The notes below the pieces were generated by a model that was not told the origin of the DNA, did no database searches, and saw nothing but the letters and a program-made list of their open reading frames with translations. Below, one piece after another: positions 8,083-19,729 of a stretch of DNA of 64,000 nt; position 1 is the stretch's first letter; the number at the start of each line of letters is the position of its first letter. The position numbers were made by a program, and so were the translations under genes. The DNA comes from Syntrophorhabdaceae bacterium (lineage in GTDB: Bacteria; Desulfobacterota; Syntrophorhabdia; Syntrophorhabdales; Syntrophorhabdaceae), in the NCBI GenBank assembly GCA_963666485.2, contig CAXXUO010000001.1:672001-736000 (forward strand). Reading direction: 5' to 3'.

Positions 8083-10389
8083 CTACCCCTCAAAACGCAG
8101 GACGAATCTCGTTCCTTCCCGGTGTTCGACATGCATCTCGGCGCTGAGCTGTTCGGCCAGCATGGCGACGAGCTGAAGGCCAAGGCCTTCGGGGGTTTCG
8201 GGGCGGGTGGTTTGGGAAATACCAATACCGTTGTCGGCAATGGTCAGTATTTTATGGGTATTCTCTTCGGTCACCGATACGCTTATCACGCCTTCTCCGC
8301 CGCCAGCGAAGGCGTGCTTTAAAGAGTTCGTTACCAGTTCGTTGATGATAAGGCCGAGGGGGATCGCGGCGGTGATGTCGATGGTTACGTCTTTTATATC
8401 TGCCTGGATATTCTCCGGGGGGAACATGTGGGAGCGGGCGATCTGACGAACAAGCTCTTCCACATATTCCTTGAGGGCTATGCGCGAAAAATCGTCCGAT
8501 CCATAGAGCCTCGTGTGTATCTGTGTCAACGCGTTGATACGGTTGATACTTGTCAGGAAGACATCACGTGCATCCTTGTCGGTTATGCGGTCCAGCTGGA
8601 GCCTGAGAATGCTCGCAATGGTGAAGAGGTTATTCTTTACCCTGTGCTGTATCTCCTTCAGCAGGACATCTTTTTCCTTAAGAGAGGCCCTGATCTGCTC
8701 CTCCGATCTTTTGCGATCGGTTATATCTATAAAGATCTCGAGTTTTGAGATAGTCCCGTCCTGATTGAAGACCGGCGCATCAAAAAGATCATAGGTCCTG
8801 CCGGTTTTCATGGAATACCATTCCCACCGGACCGACCTCCCGAAGAAGACCTCGTCTCTCTTGCACCAGGGACACGCTTCATCCCGGTCATGGAAATAGG
8901 AGTAGCATGTGCGCCCGTTGACCGGCCCGAACTCCTTTTCGATGGCCGGATTGGTGTATTCAATACCGCAGTCGGGGTTGGAGATGTAGATGCCGTAGGG
9001 CATCGCATTGAGAATGGTGATCAATTTGTTCTTCTCGGATATCACGGCCTCGTGCGCCTTAACCTGCTCTGTAATATCGCTGACGGTCGTTATGAAAAAG
9101 CGGGGTCTATGCTCTGTATCGTAATACATAGCGACATAGACATCGGCCCATATGTGAGAGCCATCCTTGCGGATATATCTCTTGTAGAACCTGGTCGCAT
9201 CTTTTTCGCCTTTAAGAAGAAGGTCAAGGTGCTTCTGGATGACATCAACCTCTTCAGGAGGGGTCAGGTCCTGCCATTTTTTATTTTTCAATTCTTCCGG
9301 GCTGTAACCCAGCATATCGCGGAATGCCTTGTTGGTATTGATCTCGCCGGACAGAAGGGTGACTGATTTCCCGACATTGGCCAATTCAAAAACGAACTGG
9401 AATTTGGCGGCACTCTCGCTTAACATAGTGCGTACCGTCTCCACTTCAGCGATGAGAGGATGCGATGCATCCGGGGTCTCAGGCTCGGCAAGGGACGCAA
9501 CCGAGCGCCCCAGGCGCCGGCTGAACATTCTCCCGACAACGACGCTCACCACTGCAGCAAGAAATATAACCGCCAGCAGTGCCGCGATAGCGGATATTAC
9601 CGAAGAGTAGTATGTGCCGGGAGTAATATCGAGAACGATCGACCAGTAAGAAAGACCGGACTGTGCCGTGAATCTTTTCGCGCCGTGCCGGTTGTCATGC
9701 GTGTATGCTTTGCCAGCCGAACCTGCGCCCGCCATCGGTTCATTCTTGCCATCGAGCAGCGTGAGTGACCATCCGGGCGGTATCGCTACCTTTGCAAGAC
9801 GCCGCTCAAAGAGTCGCATATCCATTGCGCTTACAAGGAGAAACTGCAAATGCCCCCTGCGGAAAACGGGCACTACCACCGTTGTCAAGGGCACCTTCGC
9901 TATCGGCCCCATGAACATGTCCCCCACCGCCGGTTTGCCTGTTTGAAGCACTGCCGGCGCGGCTGCGTGGCCGCGTGGCCTCGGCAGCCGGGGCAGGTCC
10001 GCACCGAATGGCAGCCGTGTGTTGAGGAGCATTTGTGTATCAGTATCAGCAAGTACTAAATGGGAGCCAAAGCTTTCCCGGAAACCCTGGGCTTCACGAT
10101 AGAATTCCTTCAGCCGTGACCGGTCGTCAAGCAGGGGCGATGCCGCGAGGGCCTGCAAAGCGGCTATTTGCCCCTGGAGTTCCTGATCTACAACGGTCAT
10201 CGCGGTCATAGCCTGACCGGACGCCTGTTCGTCTATCCGCACTTTCAATCGTGCAATACGATGGGTCCCGAGGAAAATTGCCAGTATTACCAGGGGCACG
10301 ATGCTCAACCAGATGAGCCGGGTCAGGAATGTGCGCAGCGACAAAGCCTGCTTCATCTCCCCATGCTTTGTGTCTATTAACCGATCCAT
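8083..10389 (-). CDS. Membrane sensor histidine kinase (Cache-like sensor, PAS/PAC, HisKA_2-type core)
   Basis: Two TM helices, PAS motifs, LLKEIQHRVKNNL H-box, LIINELVTNSLKHAF, DNGIG, GLGLQLV. Confidence 0.9.
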   Translation of the reverse strand: MDRLIDTKHGEMKQALSLRTFLTRLIWLSIVPLVILAIFLGTHRIARLKVRIDEQASGQAMTAMTVVDQELQGQIAALQALAASPLLDDRSRLKEFYREAQGFRESFGSHLVLADTDTQMLLNTRLPFGADLPRLPRPRGHAAAPAVLQTGKPAVGDMFMGPIAKVPLTTVVVPVFRRGHLQFLLVSAMDMRLFERRLAKVAIPPGWSLTLLDGKNEPMAGAGSAGKAYTHDNRHGAKRFTAQSGLSYWSIVLDITPGTYYSSVISAIAALLAVIFLAAVVSVVVGRMFSRRLGRSVASLAEPETPDASHPLIAEVETVRTMLSESAAKFQFVFELANVGKSVTLLSGEINTNKAFRDMLGYSPEELKNKKWQDLTPPEEVDVIQKHLDLLLKGEKDATRFYKRYIRKDGSHIWADVYVAMYYDTEHRPRFFITTVSDITEQVKAHEAVISEKNKLITILNAMPYGIYISNPDCGIEYTNPAIEKEFGPVNGRTCYSYFHDRDEACPWCKRDEVFFGRSVRWEWYSMKTGRTYDLFDAPVFNQDGTISKLEIFIDITDRKRSEEQIRASLKEKDVLLKEIQHRVKNNLFTIASILRLQLDRITDKDARDVFLTSINRINALTQIHTRLYGSDDFSRIALKEYVEELVRQIARSHMFPPENIQADIKDVTIDITAAIPLGLIINELVTNSLKHAFAGGGEGVISVSVTEENTHKILTIADNGIGISQTTRPETPEGLGLQLVAMLAEQLSAEMHVEHREGTRFVLRFEG

Positions 10390-10569
10390 TTACCTTAAAT
10401 CACGATCTATCGTCTGACAGGCGCCGGCACGGCGCTGGTTTCTCCGCTTCTTCTCATTATTATTTTCGACAAATTTTATCCCAAGTAAATAGATTTTTGA
10501 AACATTTTTGAGTTCCGGAGGATCGATAGTGCGAGAGTGGCTCTGTGCTTTCAGTTTGCGGGGAGTATC

Positions 10570-11349
10570 TCACAGCGACTGTTCGTCGGCGCGGTCGCAG
10601 TCGATGGTAAAACCGACGGGCTTCCCGTTCCTGAAGGCCCCGCTAAAGTGCAATCCGTTGCGGCAGGTGAATGTTCCCTTGCCGGTGCGCCTGCCGTCGA
10701 CAAACTTCCCCGTGTACCTGTTGCCGTTTATCCAGGTGTACGTCCCGCTGCCCGTACGCCTGTCGGCTGTGAAGTCGCCTTCGTAGACATCGCCGTTGGC
10801 GAAGGTCAGTGTTCCCTTGCCATGAAGCCTGTTGTCGAGGAAATCGCCCGAATACTGGTTCCCGTTCGCCCAGGTGTAGACCCCTTTGCCCGTGCGCATG
10901 TCGCTTACGAAATCCCCTTCATAGACGTCGCCGTTGGCGAGCCTGAAGGTCCCTTTACCCGTGCGCTCGCCATCGACAAAGCCGCCGTCGTACCTGCCGC
11001 CGTTCGCCCAGGTGTACGTCCCCTTGCCGTGGGGCTTGCCGTACACGAAATCGCCTTCATACCTCGCCCCGTTCGCCCAGGTCACGGCGCCTTTGCCGTG
11101 GGGCCTTCCCTTGAACATCGTACCGTCAAAGCGCTCCATTTCCTTGCCGTCCTGGTACCATGCGTTCGTTCCCGTTCCGGACGCGTACCCGTCGACACAG
11201 GCGCCGGACCATACGACGGTCTCGTTCGGCTGGGGGTTGATGTTCCACACCTTGCATTTTCCCTTGCTGTCTGTGATCCATTCCCCGGCGGTGAACCCGG
11301 TTGACCAGCAAAGAAGCACCATGATGACGGAGGCGATCAGGGGCTTCAC
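10570..11349 (-). CDS. Secreted MORN-repeat protein
   Basis: Repeated YEGDFxxGxxxGKGxxTWANG units; signal peptide; GTG start after AGGAG. Confidence 0.88.
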   Translation of the reverse strand: MKPLIASVIMVLLCWSTGFTAGEWITDSKGKCKVWNINPQPNETVVWSGACVDGYASGTGTNAWYQDGKEMERFDGTMFKGRPHGKGAVTWANGARYEGDFVYGKPHGKGTYTWANGGRYDGGFVDGERTGKGTFRLANGDVYEGDFVSDMRTGKGVYTWANGNQYSGDFLDNRLHGKGTLTFANGDVYEGDFTADRRTGSGTYTWINGNRYTGKFVDGRRTGKGTFTCRNGLHFSGAFRNGKPVGFTIDCDRADEQSL

Positions 11350-11462
11350 GTGATTCTCCTTTCGTTCATGTTTCCCCCTGCTATAATCCCACATTGTTTC
11401 TTTTTTTTTCAACATTGAAACGTGATGCCGCGGAGAAAATTCCCGTTTGGCCCCTTAAGGTC

Positions 11463-11488
11463 AAAAGCCGCTCTTTCGAGCGGCCTTT
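11463..11488 (-). terminator. Terminator-like hairpin
   Basis: GCCGCTC-GAAA-GAGCGGC followed by TTTT on the minus strand. Confidence 0.6.
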
Positions 11489-11631
11489 GAGAAGGAGGAG
11501 TGTTATGGGGCTTGTTTGTCAGGGATTATGAGCTATGCGAAGAGGAGCACCGGGCCCGGGGTCTTCCTGCGGCTGCGGGCCTGGTACGTGTTGCCTGCTG
11601 GCGCCCGCACGGATGGGACGAGAACATTTAC

Positions 11632-12000
11632 CTACCCCCCCGTAGACAGGAACAGCACTCCCGTCCCTTGTTCTGCGAACCATCTGCCGCTTATGCTGCT
11701 GTTAGCCGTGGTGCTCCCCATCTCGCGAAATTGGCCGTGAATTTTCTTTACATATGCCTCTTTTTCGCAGTCGGGACATTCCCAATATGTTTCGTAGCGA
11801 TCGGTAAATCTCAGTTCGAGGAAGGTGCACGGGTGAATGTGGCAGAACAGGTTGTCGCCCTGTGCCCCGGCCGCCGGCCCCGGGGTATCGGGAACGAAGG
11901 GTGCCGCCAGGGAGAGCTTCCGGTCGCTTTCCGTCCGGTCCGTGCCGCATGGTCTGTCGTCCTCATGAAGCGCCAAACAATAAGAAATATTACCTGACAT
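11632..12000 (-). CDS. Hypothetical protein with CxxH/CxxC motifs
   Basis: AAGGAG RBS; FCHIHP...WECPDC possible zinc site. Confidence 0.55.
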   Translation of the reverse strand: MSGNISYCLALHEDDRPCGTDRTESDRKLSLAAPFVPDTPGPAAGAQGDNLFCHIHPCTFLELRFTDRYETYWECPDCEKEAYVKKIHGQFREMGSTTANSSISGRWFAEQGTGVLFLSTGG

Positions 12001-12324
12001 GACTGTTTCTCCTTATAGTATTGTTTGTATGCATCGTTGCCTCTCTCATGCCCTGATCGTCCTTGGCAGGTATATGTTACATACTGTTTTATCAGCTCAT
12101 ACCACCTCTGACAATATAGGGAAGATATCGGTCGTATACAGGTATCAAACTCATACTTTGCGACTCGCCTGACAGGGGCAAAACGGGCGTGAATGAAGGC
12201 CGGGTCGCGCGTACCTCAGGGAAATACCCCTTAAAAATCAGGAATATCCCGATTGCTGTACAGACCGCCCCGGTTTAAGCTTGATATACGCAGCATAACC
12301 TGATGTAACGGAGACGAGGCCGGG

Positions 12325-12834
12325 ATGGACATGACGAGAATACGAGAGGAAGACCTGGAAATAATACTGTTCAGGCACGAACAATGGATAAAAGGCGAAC
12401 CTGACGGGGAGCGCGCCGATCTCTCCGGCATGGACCTCACCGGGATGGACCTGTCGGGCACGCGGCTTTGCGGGGCCGGCTTCACCTTCGCGCGGCTTTG
12501 CGGGGCTGACCTTACCGGCACTGACCTTTCCCGCACCAACTTTATCGGGGCCAACCTCGATCATGCAGCGTTGACCGATGCGGAGTTTTACGGGGCCAAC
12601 CTCTATCGCGCATCCTTCGCACATGCGGACCTGACGGGCGCGAGGCTCAACGGCGCGAAACTCACGCGCGCAAATTTCACCGGTGCCATCCTGACACGGG
12701 CGGACCTTACAGACGCCGTCCTGACACGGGCCGACTTCACGAGCGCCGACCTGACACGGGCCGACTTCACGAGCGCCGACCTGACACGGGCCGATGTAGC
12801 CCTGTCAACCATCGGCAACGCAACAAGGACGTAG
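12325..12834 (+). CDS. Pentapeptide repeat protein
   Basis: HEQWIKG..GERADLSG N-terminus and A(D/N)LTG/ADFTS pentapeptides; 30-bp DNA tandem repeats near the 3' end. Confidence 0.92.
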   Translation: MDMTRIREEDLEIILFRHEQWIKGEPDGERADLSGMDLTGMDLSGTRLCGAGFTFARLCGADLTGTDLSRTNFIGANLDHAALTDAEFYGANLYRASFAHADLTGARLNGAKLTRANFTGAILTRADLTDAVLTRADFTSADLTRADFTSADLTRADVALSTIGNATRT

Positions 12835-13091
12835 ATTTCCCCATCCTCTTGAGGGCTGCCGGCCCATCTGCCCCGCCTTGTTCAAGCCGGATTTTTTTGA
12901 TATTGTCATGGCGGGAATCTGCGGCACTCTTCGGTTACGCTCACTGTTCTATCTTCCCTTATAGAGATTATTACCCTGAAATTACCGGTAATTAGTGCTC
13001 GGCCCCTTCAATTCCGTTATGTTTTTCTTTTTCACCTATATTATAATTTATAAAATGCCATAAAAATTAGAGATACAAGAGGATGGCACCC

Positions 13092-16071
13092 ATGGCGACA
13101 AAAAAGCTTCCCGGGACCGGGAAAATGATACCAAGGAAGGTCAAGTCACCGACAAAGAAAACCGACCGCAGCAGTGCCGCTCAGGGAAAGCCTTTCCCCA
13201 TCGTTGCCATCGGCGGGTCGGCGGGCGGACTTGAGGCATTCGAGGCATTTTTCAAGAGCCTTCCGGGGACTGTCAACGCGGCTTTCGTCGTGATCTCGCA
13301 TCTCGATCCCAAACATGTGAGCATGATGTCGGAACTCATCGGCCGATTTACAAAAATGCAGGTGAACGAAGCGCGGGACAATATCGTTGTCGAGCCGGAA
13401 AATGTTTATGTCATCCCGCCCAATCGTGAGCTTTCGATCAGCCAGGGCAGGCTGCACCTCACCAAGCCGGGGGGTTCGGTCACCATCCGCATGCCTATCG
13501 ATTATTTTCTGCGATCACTTGCCGACGACCAGGGTGACGGGGCGATCGCGATCATCATGTCGGGGACGGGCACGGACGGAGCACTCGGGGTGCGCGCGAT
13601 CCGTGCCGCGGGAGGCGTTGTTTTTGTCCAGGACCCTGCGGACGCCCGGTACAACGGTATGCCTGAAAGTGCGATACAGACCGGGGCTGCTGACTATATC
13701 CTGACGATCACAGACATAGCTTCCCAGCTTGCGGAACTTTTCGGGGAAGGCCGGGCCGAGGTGCCCGAAGACCAGGCCTCACCCGATGCGACGGAGGTCC
13801 AGAAGGTCCTTTCAGTCCTGCGCGCAAAAACAGGGGCACGATTTTTCCCATTATAAGAAAAATACCATGAACCGGCGCATTCGCCGCCGGATGGCTTTCA
13901 ACAGTGTGCAGTCTATCGACGAATATGTCCTCTTCCTGCGGACACACCCGGACGAGATAGACCATCTTTTCAAGGAGCTTCTCATAACCGTGACGAGCTT
14001 CTTCCGGGAGCCTGAAGCTTTCGATGCCCTGAAGAAAACGATCCTGCCTGCCCTGCTGGGCAATGCACCGGACGATTACACGATACGGGCCTGGGTCCCC
14101 GGGTGCGCGACGGGCGAAGAGGCATATTCGCTGGCCATCCTCCTTAAGGAATTCGCCGAAGAAACGGGCAAAGACTACAAGATCCAGATGTTTGCCACCG
14201 ATATTGACGACGCATCCATAGCCAGGGCCCGCACGGGCCTTTTCCCCGCAAATATAGCCCTCGATGTACCGGAGGGCCGCCTGGCCAAGTACTTTGAAAA
14301 GGGGTCGGCAGGGTACCGCGTGCGAAAGGATATAAGGGAATCCATTATCTTTGCGACCCAGGACCTCGTCAAGGACGCCCCTTTCACCCGCCTCGACATC
14401 GTATCGTGCCGGAATGTCCTCATATACATGGAACCGGAGCTCCAGGGCAAACTCATCGGTATTTTTCATTACAGCCTCAGGACCGGCGGCGTACTGTTCC
14501 TCGGCTCATCCGAAAGTGTCGGCAACCGGACGGATATCTTCCGCATGATCGACAAGAAATGGAAATTCTTCCAATCCAAGCCCGATACCGGAACACGGGC
14601 GTTTATCAACACGGCCCTTCCCGCATGGCCGCCGGAACAGGGACGAACGGCCGCACCGATCGCGCCCCCGGCAAGGAAGTTCAATATCGAGGATACCGTG
14701 CACCTCGCGCTCCTGGAGACATTCGCCCCCCCTGCCGTCATTGTCAATGAAAAAGGGGACATCGTCTTCATATACGGGAACACGGCCAAGTTTCTCACCC
14801 CGTCCCCGGGTCGCCCGGCGCTCAATATCGGGCAGATGACCCGCGAGGGCCTGCGCTTTTCCATGTGGTCAGCCCTTACGGCCGCAGCCACCCATCGACA
14901 GAAAGCCGTGTACAGGAATGTCAAGGTAAAGACGAACGGGGACACGGAGCTGGTAGACCTTTCGATCATCCCCATCTTCCGGGCGGAGGATGAAGAACCT
15001 CTTTTCATCTTCACCTTCCAGCCGGCCGCACCGAAGGAGAAGGTCACATCAGAGGACGGGGAACAGCTCAACATTGACAGGGACCGGCTCGCCGAACTCG
15101 AAAAAGAACTGGCCTATACCCGGGAGAGCCTCCAGGCGGCCGCCGAAGAGGCGCAGGCGGCGAATGAGGAATTGAAATCGGCCAATGAGGAACTGCAGTC
15201 GAGCAATGAGGAACTGCAGTCCACCAACGAGGAGCTCGAGACCTCCAAGGAAGAGCTCCAATCCGTCAATGAAGAGCTGACGACCGTGAACAGCGAGTTG
15301 AGGTCCAAGATCGAGCAGCTCTCGCAAAGCGAGAGCGACATGAAGAACCTCCTCGATTCGACGGAAATTGCCATGATATTCCTCGACAACGACCTGCGCA
15401 TAAAGAGGTTCAACACGGAGGCCTCCCACATCGTCAACCTCATCCCGTCCGATGTCGGCCGGCCGATAGGCGACGTCACGATGAAGATAGATTACCCGGA
15501 CCTCACGGAAAAGGCGCGCGGCGTCATTGACACGCTGCGTGCTTTCGACGTGGACGTCCAGGCGAAAGACGACAGCTGGTACGTCATGCACATCGTCCCG
15601 TACCGCACGCTCGACAATGTCATCGACGGGGTGGTCATGACATTTACCAACATAACCGAATTGAAACAGGTCATGCAGGAAAGGCAGAAATTTATTGAAC
15701 ATACTGTCGAGGTTGTGCAGGAGCCTTTTCTCGTGCTCGACAAACAATCTGAGGGTCGTGATGGCGAACAGGAAATTCCTCGAATTCTTTAAAGTCACGC
15801 ACCAGGAGACAGAGGGCCGGGGTAATAAAGAACCTCGGGGCGCCATGAATGGGACATCCCTGTTTTTGCCGACCTCTTATTCAATGTCATCAGGACCGAC
15901 AAACCCGTGGAAGATTTCCGGATCGAAGCGGATTTCCCGACGATCGGCCACCGGGCGCTTCTCGTCAACGCGCGGAGGATAAAACCCGCCGGCTCCATGA
16001 GGGACCCGCTCATCCTCGTGGCGATGAATGATGTAACGGACGTGCAGCAATGTGGCGGTAATGATGCGTGA
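13092..16071 (+). pseudogene. CheB/CheR/PAS fusion protein, broken by four +1 frameshifts (pseudogene or sequencing artefact)
   Basis: CheB (IGGSAGGLEA, HLDP, SGTGTDG, GMPESA), CheR (TVTSFFREPEAF, GCATGEEAYS, SCRNVLIY), coiled coil (NEELQSxNEE) and PAS; the frame is restored by deleting one base at each of ~13833, ~15742, ~15819 and ~15837. Confidence 0.85.
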
Positions 16072-16101
16072 CCCGGATGATGGACACCGTGAGTATGCAT
16101 A

Positions 16102-18165
16102 ATGGGTAAAAAAACCAGGCCGGACGACCGTATCGAAAAACTCCTCCACGATCCTGCGGCATCCGCGACCGTTTCCCTCGAAAATGTGAAAAAACTTGTC
16201 GAGGACCTCCGCCTGCACCAGACCGAGCTCGAGATGCAGAACGAGGAGCTCAGAAGGGCCCAGCAGGTCATCGAGGAAGGGCGGCAGAAATTCGTCGATC
16301 TTTACGACTTCGCTCCCATAGGATACGTGACGCTCAAGGACCATATCATCCTGGAGGCAAACCTCACGGCTGCGGGGCTGCTCGGAAGAAGGAGGGACGA
16401 TCTCGTAGGGGCACCTTTTTTCTATTTTGTTCAGAATAACGACAAGAAGGAGTACCTCCGCCATGTCATGCAGGTACTCGAAGACAGGCACAAAAGGTCG
16501 ATCGAGCTCATGCTGAATAAAACGGGGGGCAAACCATTCTGGGTACAGCTGGAAAGTTCCCCGGCAGAAGGGATCGAAAGCGTAAAAAACCTTATCAGGG
16601 TAGCCATAATTGACATCACCGCCCGGAAGAAGGCGGAAGATGCTTTGAAGGACAGGGAAAAACAATATCGTGACCTTATCGAGAGCGTGAACAGTATCAT
16701 CGTCGGTCTCGACGACCAGGGGCGGGTCACTTTTCTCAACGCATACGGCCGCAACATTCTCGGCTATGACTCCGAGGAATTGTTTACACGCGGGCTCATC
16801 GGGACAGTGATTTCCCCGGAGGTTATTGATCAGGGCCGGGTCACGTCATTTATCGAACATATTGCGGAGCACCCGGATCAATACCGGGAAAGGGAGATGG
16901 AACACATTCGCCGCAGCGGCGAGAAGATCTGGGTCTCATGGTCGATCCGCGTGCTGTATGATGCCGAAGGCCGCTTCACCGGGCTTCTGTGTGTCGGGAA
17001 TGATATTACGCAGAGGAAAAAGCTCGAGGACGAGGTCCGGCAGGCCCAGAAGATGGAGGCCATAGGGACCCTTGCCGGCGGCATCGCCCACGATTTCAAC
17101 AATATCCTCGCCGCCATCATCGGCTTTACCGAAATGGTCGAGGAAGACCTCCCGCCCGACAGCAGGAACCGCAGGCAGACACAGAAGATCTTGACCGCGG
17201 CATCGCGCGGCGCGGACCTCGTGCGGCAGATCCTGGCATTTTCCCGCAAGACGGACCTGGCAAAAGAGCCTCTGCATATATCACCGATCACCCGCGAGAC
17301 GATAGAGCTCCTGCGTGCATCCCTGCCCAAGACGATCGAGATCGAACTTAACCTGAAGGCTGCAAAGGACGTGGTCCTGGCATCTCCTGCAAGGTTCCAA
17401 CAAATCCTCATGAACCTCGTTACGAATGCCTCGGCCGCAATGCGCGACACCGGCGGAGTCATCAGGATCGGGGTGAACAATATCGTATTCGAGCCCGATG
17501 CACCCGTAATGGACGATGTCGAACCGGGCGAATACGTTCAGATCACCGTGGAAGACACGGGGATCGGTATGACGCCCGACCTGATGCAGCGCATCTTCGA
17601 GCCTTTCTTTACGACAAAAGAGATGGGCAAAGGGACCGGCATGGGACTCGCCGTCGTGTTCGGGATCGTCAAGGGCATGGGCGGGGCGATCACCGTCGAA
17701 AGCGAACCGGGCGAAGGTTCGACATTCCGGGTCTTCCTCCCGGTAGCGCATGTCAAAGGGAAAGAAGAGCGTCACGACGCAGCACCCGTTCAGCACGGCT
17801 CGGAAAGGGTCCTCTTCGTCGATGACGAGGAGCTCATTGTGGAATGGGGCAGGACTGCCCTCGACAGGCTCGGGTACAAGGTCACCGCCCTGACGGACAG
17901 TGCGGAGGCATTGGAGACATTTTCCCGGGACCCGGATGCCTTTGACCTCGTCATCGCCGACCAGACCATGCCCGGAATAACCGGCATCAACTTTGCGAAA
18001 AAGGTCCTCGCGATACGTCCCGACATCCCGGTCATCCTCTGCACAGGCCACAGCGAATCCGTGTCGGCCGAAAAAGCAAAAGAGATCGGTGTCCGCGAGT
18101 TCCTCATGAAGCCCCTCGCCAGGGCTGAACTGGCAGACGCCATCCGCAGGTCGCTCGAACATTAA
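16102..18165 (+). CDS. PAS-domain hybrid sensor histidine kinase/response regulator
   Basis: HQTELEMQNEEL, PAS, QKMEAIGTLAGGIAHDFNN, FEPFFTTK..GKGTGMGL, receiver VLFVDDE..DQTMP..KP. Confidence 0.95.
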   Translation: MGKKTRPDDRIEKLLHDPAASATVSLENVKKLVEDLRLHQTELEMQNEELRRAQQVIEEGRQKFVDLYDFAPIGYVTLKDHIILEANLTAAGLLGRRRDDLVGAPFFYFVQNNDKKEYLRHVMQVLEDRHKRSIELMLNKTGGKPFWVQLESSPAEGIESVKNLIRVAIIDITARKKAEDALKDREKQYRDLIESVNSIIVGLDDQGRVTFLNAYGRNILGYDSEELFTRGLIGTVISPEVIDQGRVTSFIEHIAEHPDQYREREMEHIRRSGEKIWVSWSIRVLYDAEGRFTGLLCVGNDITQRKKLEDEVRQAQKMEAIGTLAGGIAHDFNNILAAIIGFTEMVEEDLPPDSRNRRQTQKILTAASRGADLVRQILAFSRKTDLAKEPLHISPITRETIELLRASLPKTIEIELNLKAAKDVVLASPARFQQILMNLVTNASAAMRDTGGVIRIGVNNIVFEPDAPVMDDVEPGEYVQITVEDTGIGMTPDLMQRIFEPFFTTKEMGKGTGMGLAVVFGIVKGMGGAITVESEPGEGSTFRVFLPVAHVKGKEERHDAAPVQHGSERVLFVDDEELIVEWGRTALDRLGYKVTALTDSAEALETFSRDPDAFDLVIADQTMPGITGINFAKKVLAIRPDIPVILCTGHSESVSAEKAKEIGVREFLMKPLARAELADAIRRSLEH

Positions 18166-18265
18166 GAGCAAGTCAGTCGTTCCGTTTACAATCCTCGAAA
18201 CTGTGCTCGTTCCCGCCTTGCCCTTCCCCCGTCATACCCACGAAAACCGCGAATATCTACCCCAT

Positions 18266-18870
18266 CGTCATTCCGGCGAAGAGACTGTGTCACAATTCCT
18301 CCGACCCCGTCATCCCTTCGCACTCGCCGTCATCCCTTCGCACCCCGCCGTCATCCCTTCGCTCTCGCCGTCATCCCTTCGCTCTCGCCGTCATCCCTTC
18401 GCTCTCGCCGTCATCCCGGCCTCCGAGCCGGGACCCAAGGTTTTTCTTTTGTTCCTTTTAGCAACGACCACATGAGAAAAGAATCATAAAAAACAAAACC
18501 TTGGGTCCCGGCTCGGAGGCCGGGATGACGGAGAGTGCAATTCCTTTTAGCAACGACCACATCAGAAAAGAATCATAAAAAAACAAAACCTTGGGTCCCG
18601 GCTCGGAGGCCGGGATGACGGCGAGTGCAATTCCTTTTAGCAACGACCACATGAGAAAAGAATCATAAAAAACAAAACCTTGGGTCCCGGCTCGGAGGCC
18701 GGGATGACGGCGAGAGCGAAGGGATGACGGCGAGAGCGAAGGGATGACGGCGGGGTGCGAAGGGATGACGGCGAGTGCGCAGGGACGACTGAGAGTGCAA
18801 TATTCCGGAGCATATAAACGTGACCGTCCGGACGATCAGCAGGGAATTGTGACCCAACCTCTGCGCCGGG
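18266..18870. repeat. Composite palindromic REP/MITE-like element
   Basis: 19-bp imperfect terminal inverted repeats at 18281-18299 / 18843-18861; 20-bp tandem units at 18308-18408 mirrored at 18710-18780; REP hairpins at 18409, 18499, 18589, 18678; ~90-bp unit x3. Confidence 0.9.
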
Positions 18871-18946
18871 GCGGCACGGGGGATGTGTTTGTTGCCCCGC
18901 TCGTCAAATTACAGTATGCTGTCTTAAATTTTCTTAAGGTGGAACT

Positions 18947-19729
18947 GTGTATCAGAAAGATTATTACGAAACACTGGAAATAGACCCCGGCGCGTCGGAA
19001 AAGGAAATAAAGGAAACCTACCGCAGGCTCGCCTTTCAGTACCATCCGGACAAGAACCCCGACGATGCGGCGGCGGTCGAGAAGATGAAAAGCATAAACG
19101 AGGCGTACGCCGTCCTGTCCGACCCGGGCAAGAGGCGGCAATATGACAATCTCAGGCAGACATACGGCAATACGGCGTATGACAGGTTCCGGCAGGGCCA
19201 CTCGGAGAATGACATATTCCGGGATTCGGACATCAACCAGGTGTTCGACGAATTTTCACGGATGTTCGGCTTCAGGAATTTTGAGGACATATTCAGGGAG
19301 GCTTACGGCCCCGGGTACCGGACCTTCGAGTTCAGGCAGGGGAATGTCTTCGGCCGGGGGTTTGTCTTTACCGGGCGGATGGGCGGCCCCGGGACAACGT
19401 CTATTGGCCGGAAGGGCGGCGGCATGCTGTCAGGGGTCTTAGGGAAGCTGGCCGGATACGCTTTCAGGAAATTGACCGGTATTGACGGCCCCCGGGAAGG
19501 CGACCGGTACGACGTGCTGAAGCTCACCCCTGAGCAGGCGGGAAGAGGCGGCAAGATCGCGTACACGGACAAGACGCAGTCCCGCGAGGTCATCATAACC
19601 GTTCCCCCGGGGGTGACCGAGGGAAAGGTGATCCGCCTCAAAGGACTCGGGCCCGGGGACCTGTACCTCACGGTCGAGATAACAAAACCACTCCTTAAAA
19701 AAATAGCGGACCGCCTTCTCGGCCGTTAA
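18947..19729 (+). CDS. DnaJ-domain co-chaperone (CbpA-like, no zinc finger)
   Basis: [35 protein letters not shown]-terminal [17 protein letters not shown]. Confidence 0.9.
   Translation: MYQKDYYETLEIDPGASEKEIKETYRRLAFQYHPDKNPDDAAAVEKMKSINEAYAVLSDPGKRRQYDNLRQTYGNTAYDRFRQGHSENDIFRDSDINQVFDEFSRMFGFRNFEDIFREAYGPGYRTFEFRQGNVFGRGFVFTGRMGGPGTTSIGRKGGGMLSGVLGKLAGYAFRKLTGIDGPREGDRYDVLKLTPEQAGRGGKIAYTDKTQSREVIITVPPGVTEGKVIRLKGLGPGDLYLTVEITKPLLKKIADRLLGR

Noticed and set aside
13821..13860. Programmed ribosomal frameshift between CheB and CheR
   Set aside because: There is no clear slippery heptamer with a stimulatory structure, and three more identical +1 lesions downstream point to sequencing error or decay.
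5383..18200. Intact integrative element or prophage downstream of tRNA-Ala
   Set aside because: No integrase, phage or conjugation genes and no distal att copy were seen; only the nearby degenerate copy at 5883-5901.
18454..18709. ~90-bp periodic array resembling CRISPR
   Set aside because: Units are near-identical with no unique spacers, are built from REP hairpins, and no cas genes are present.
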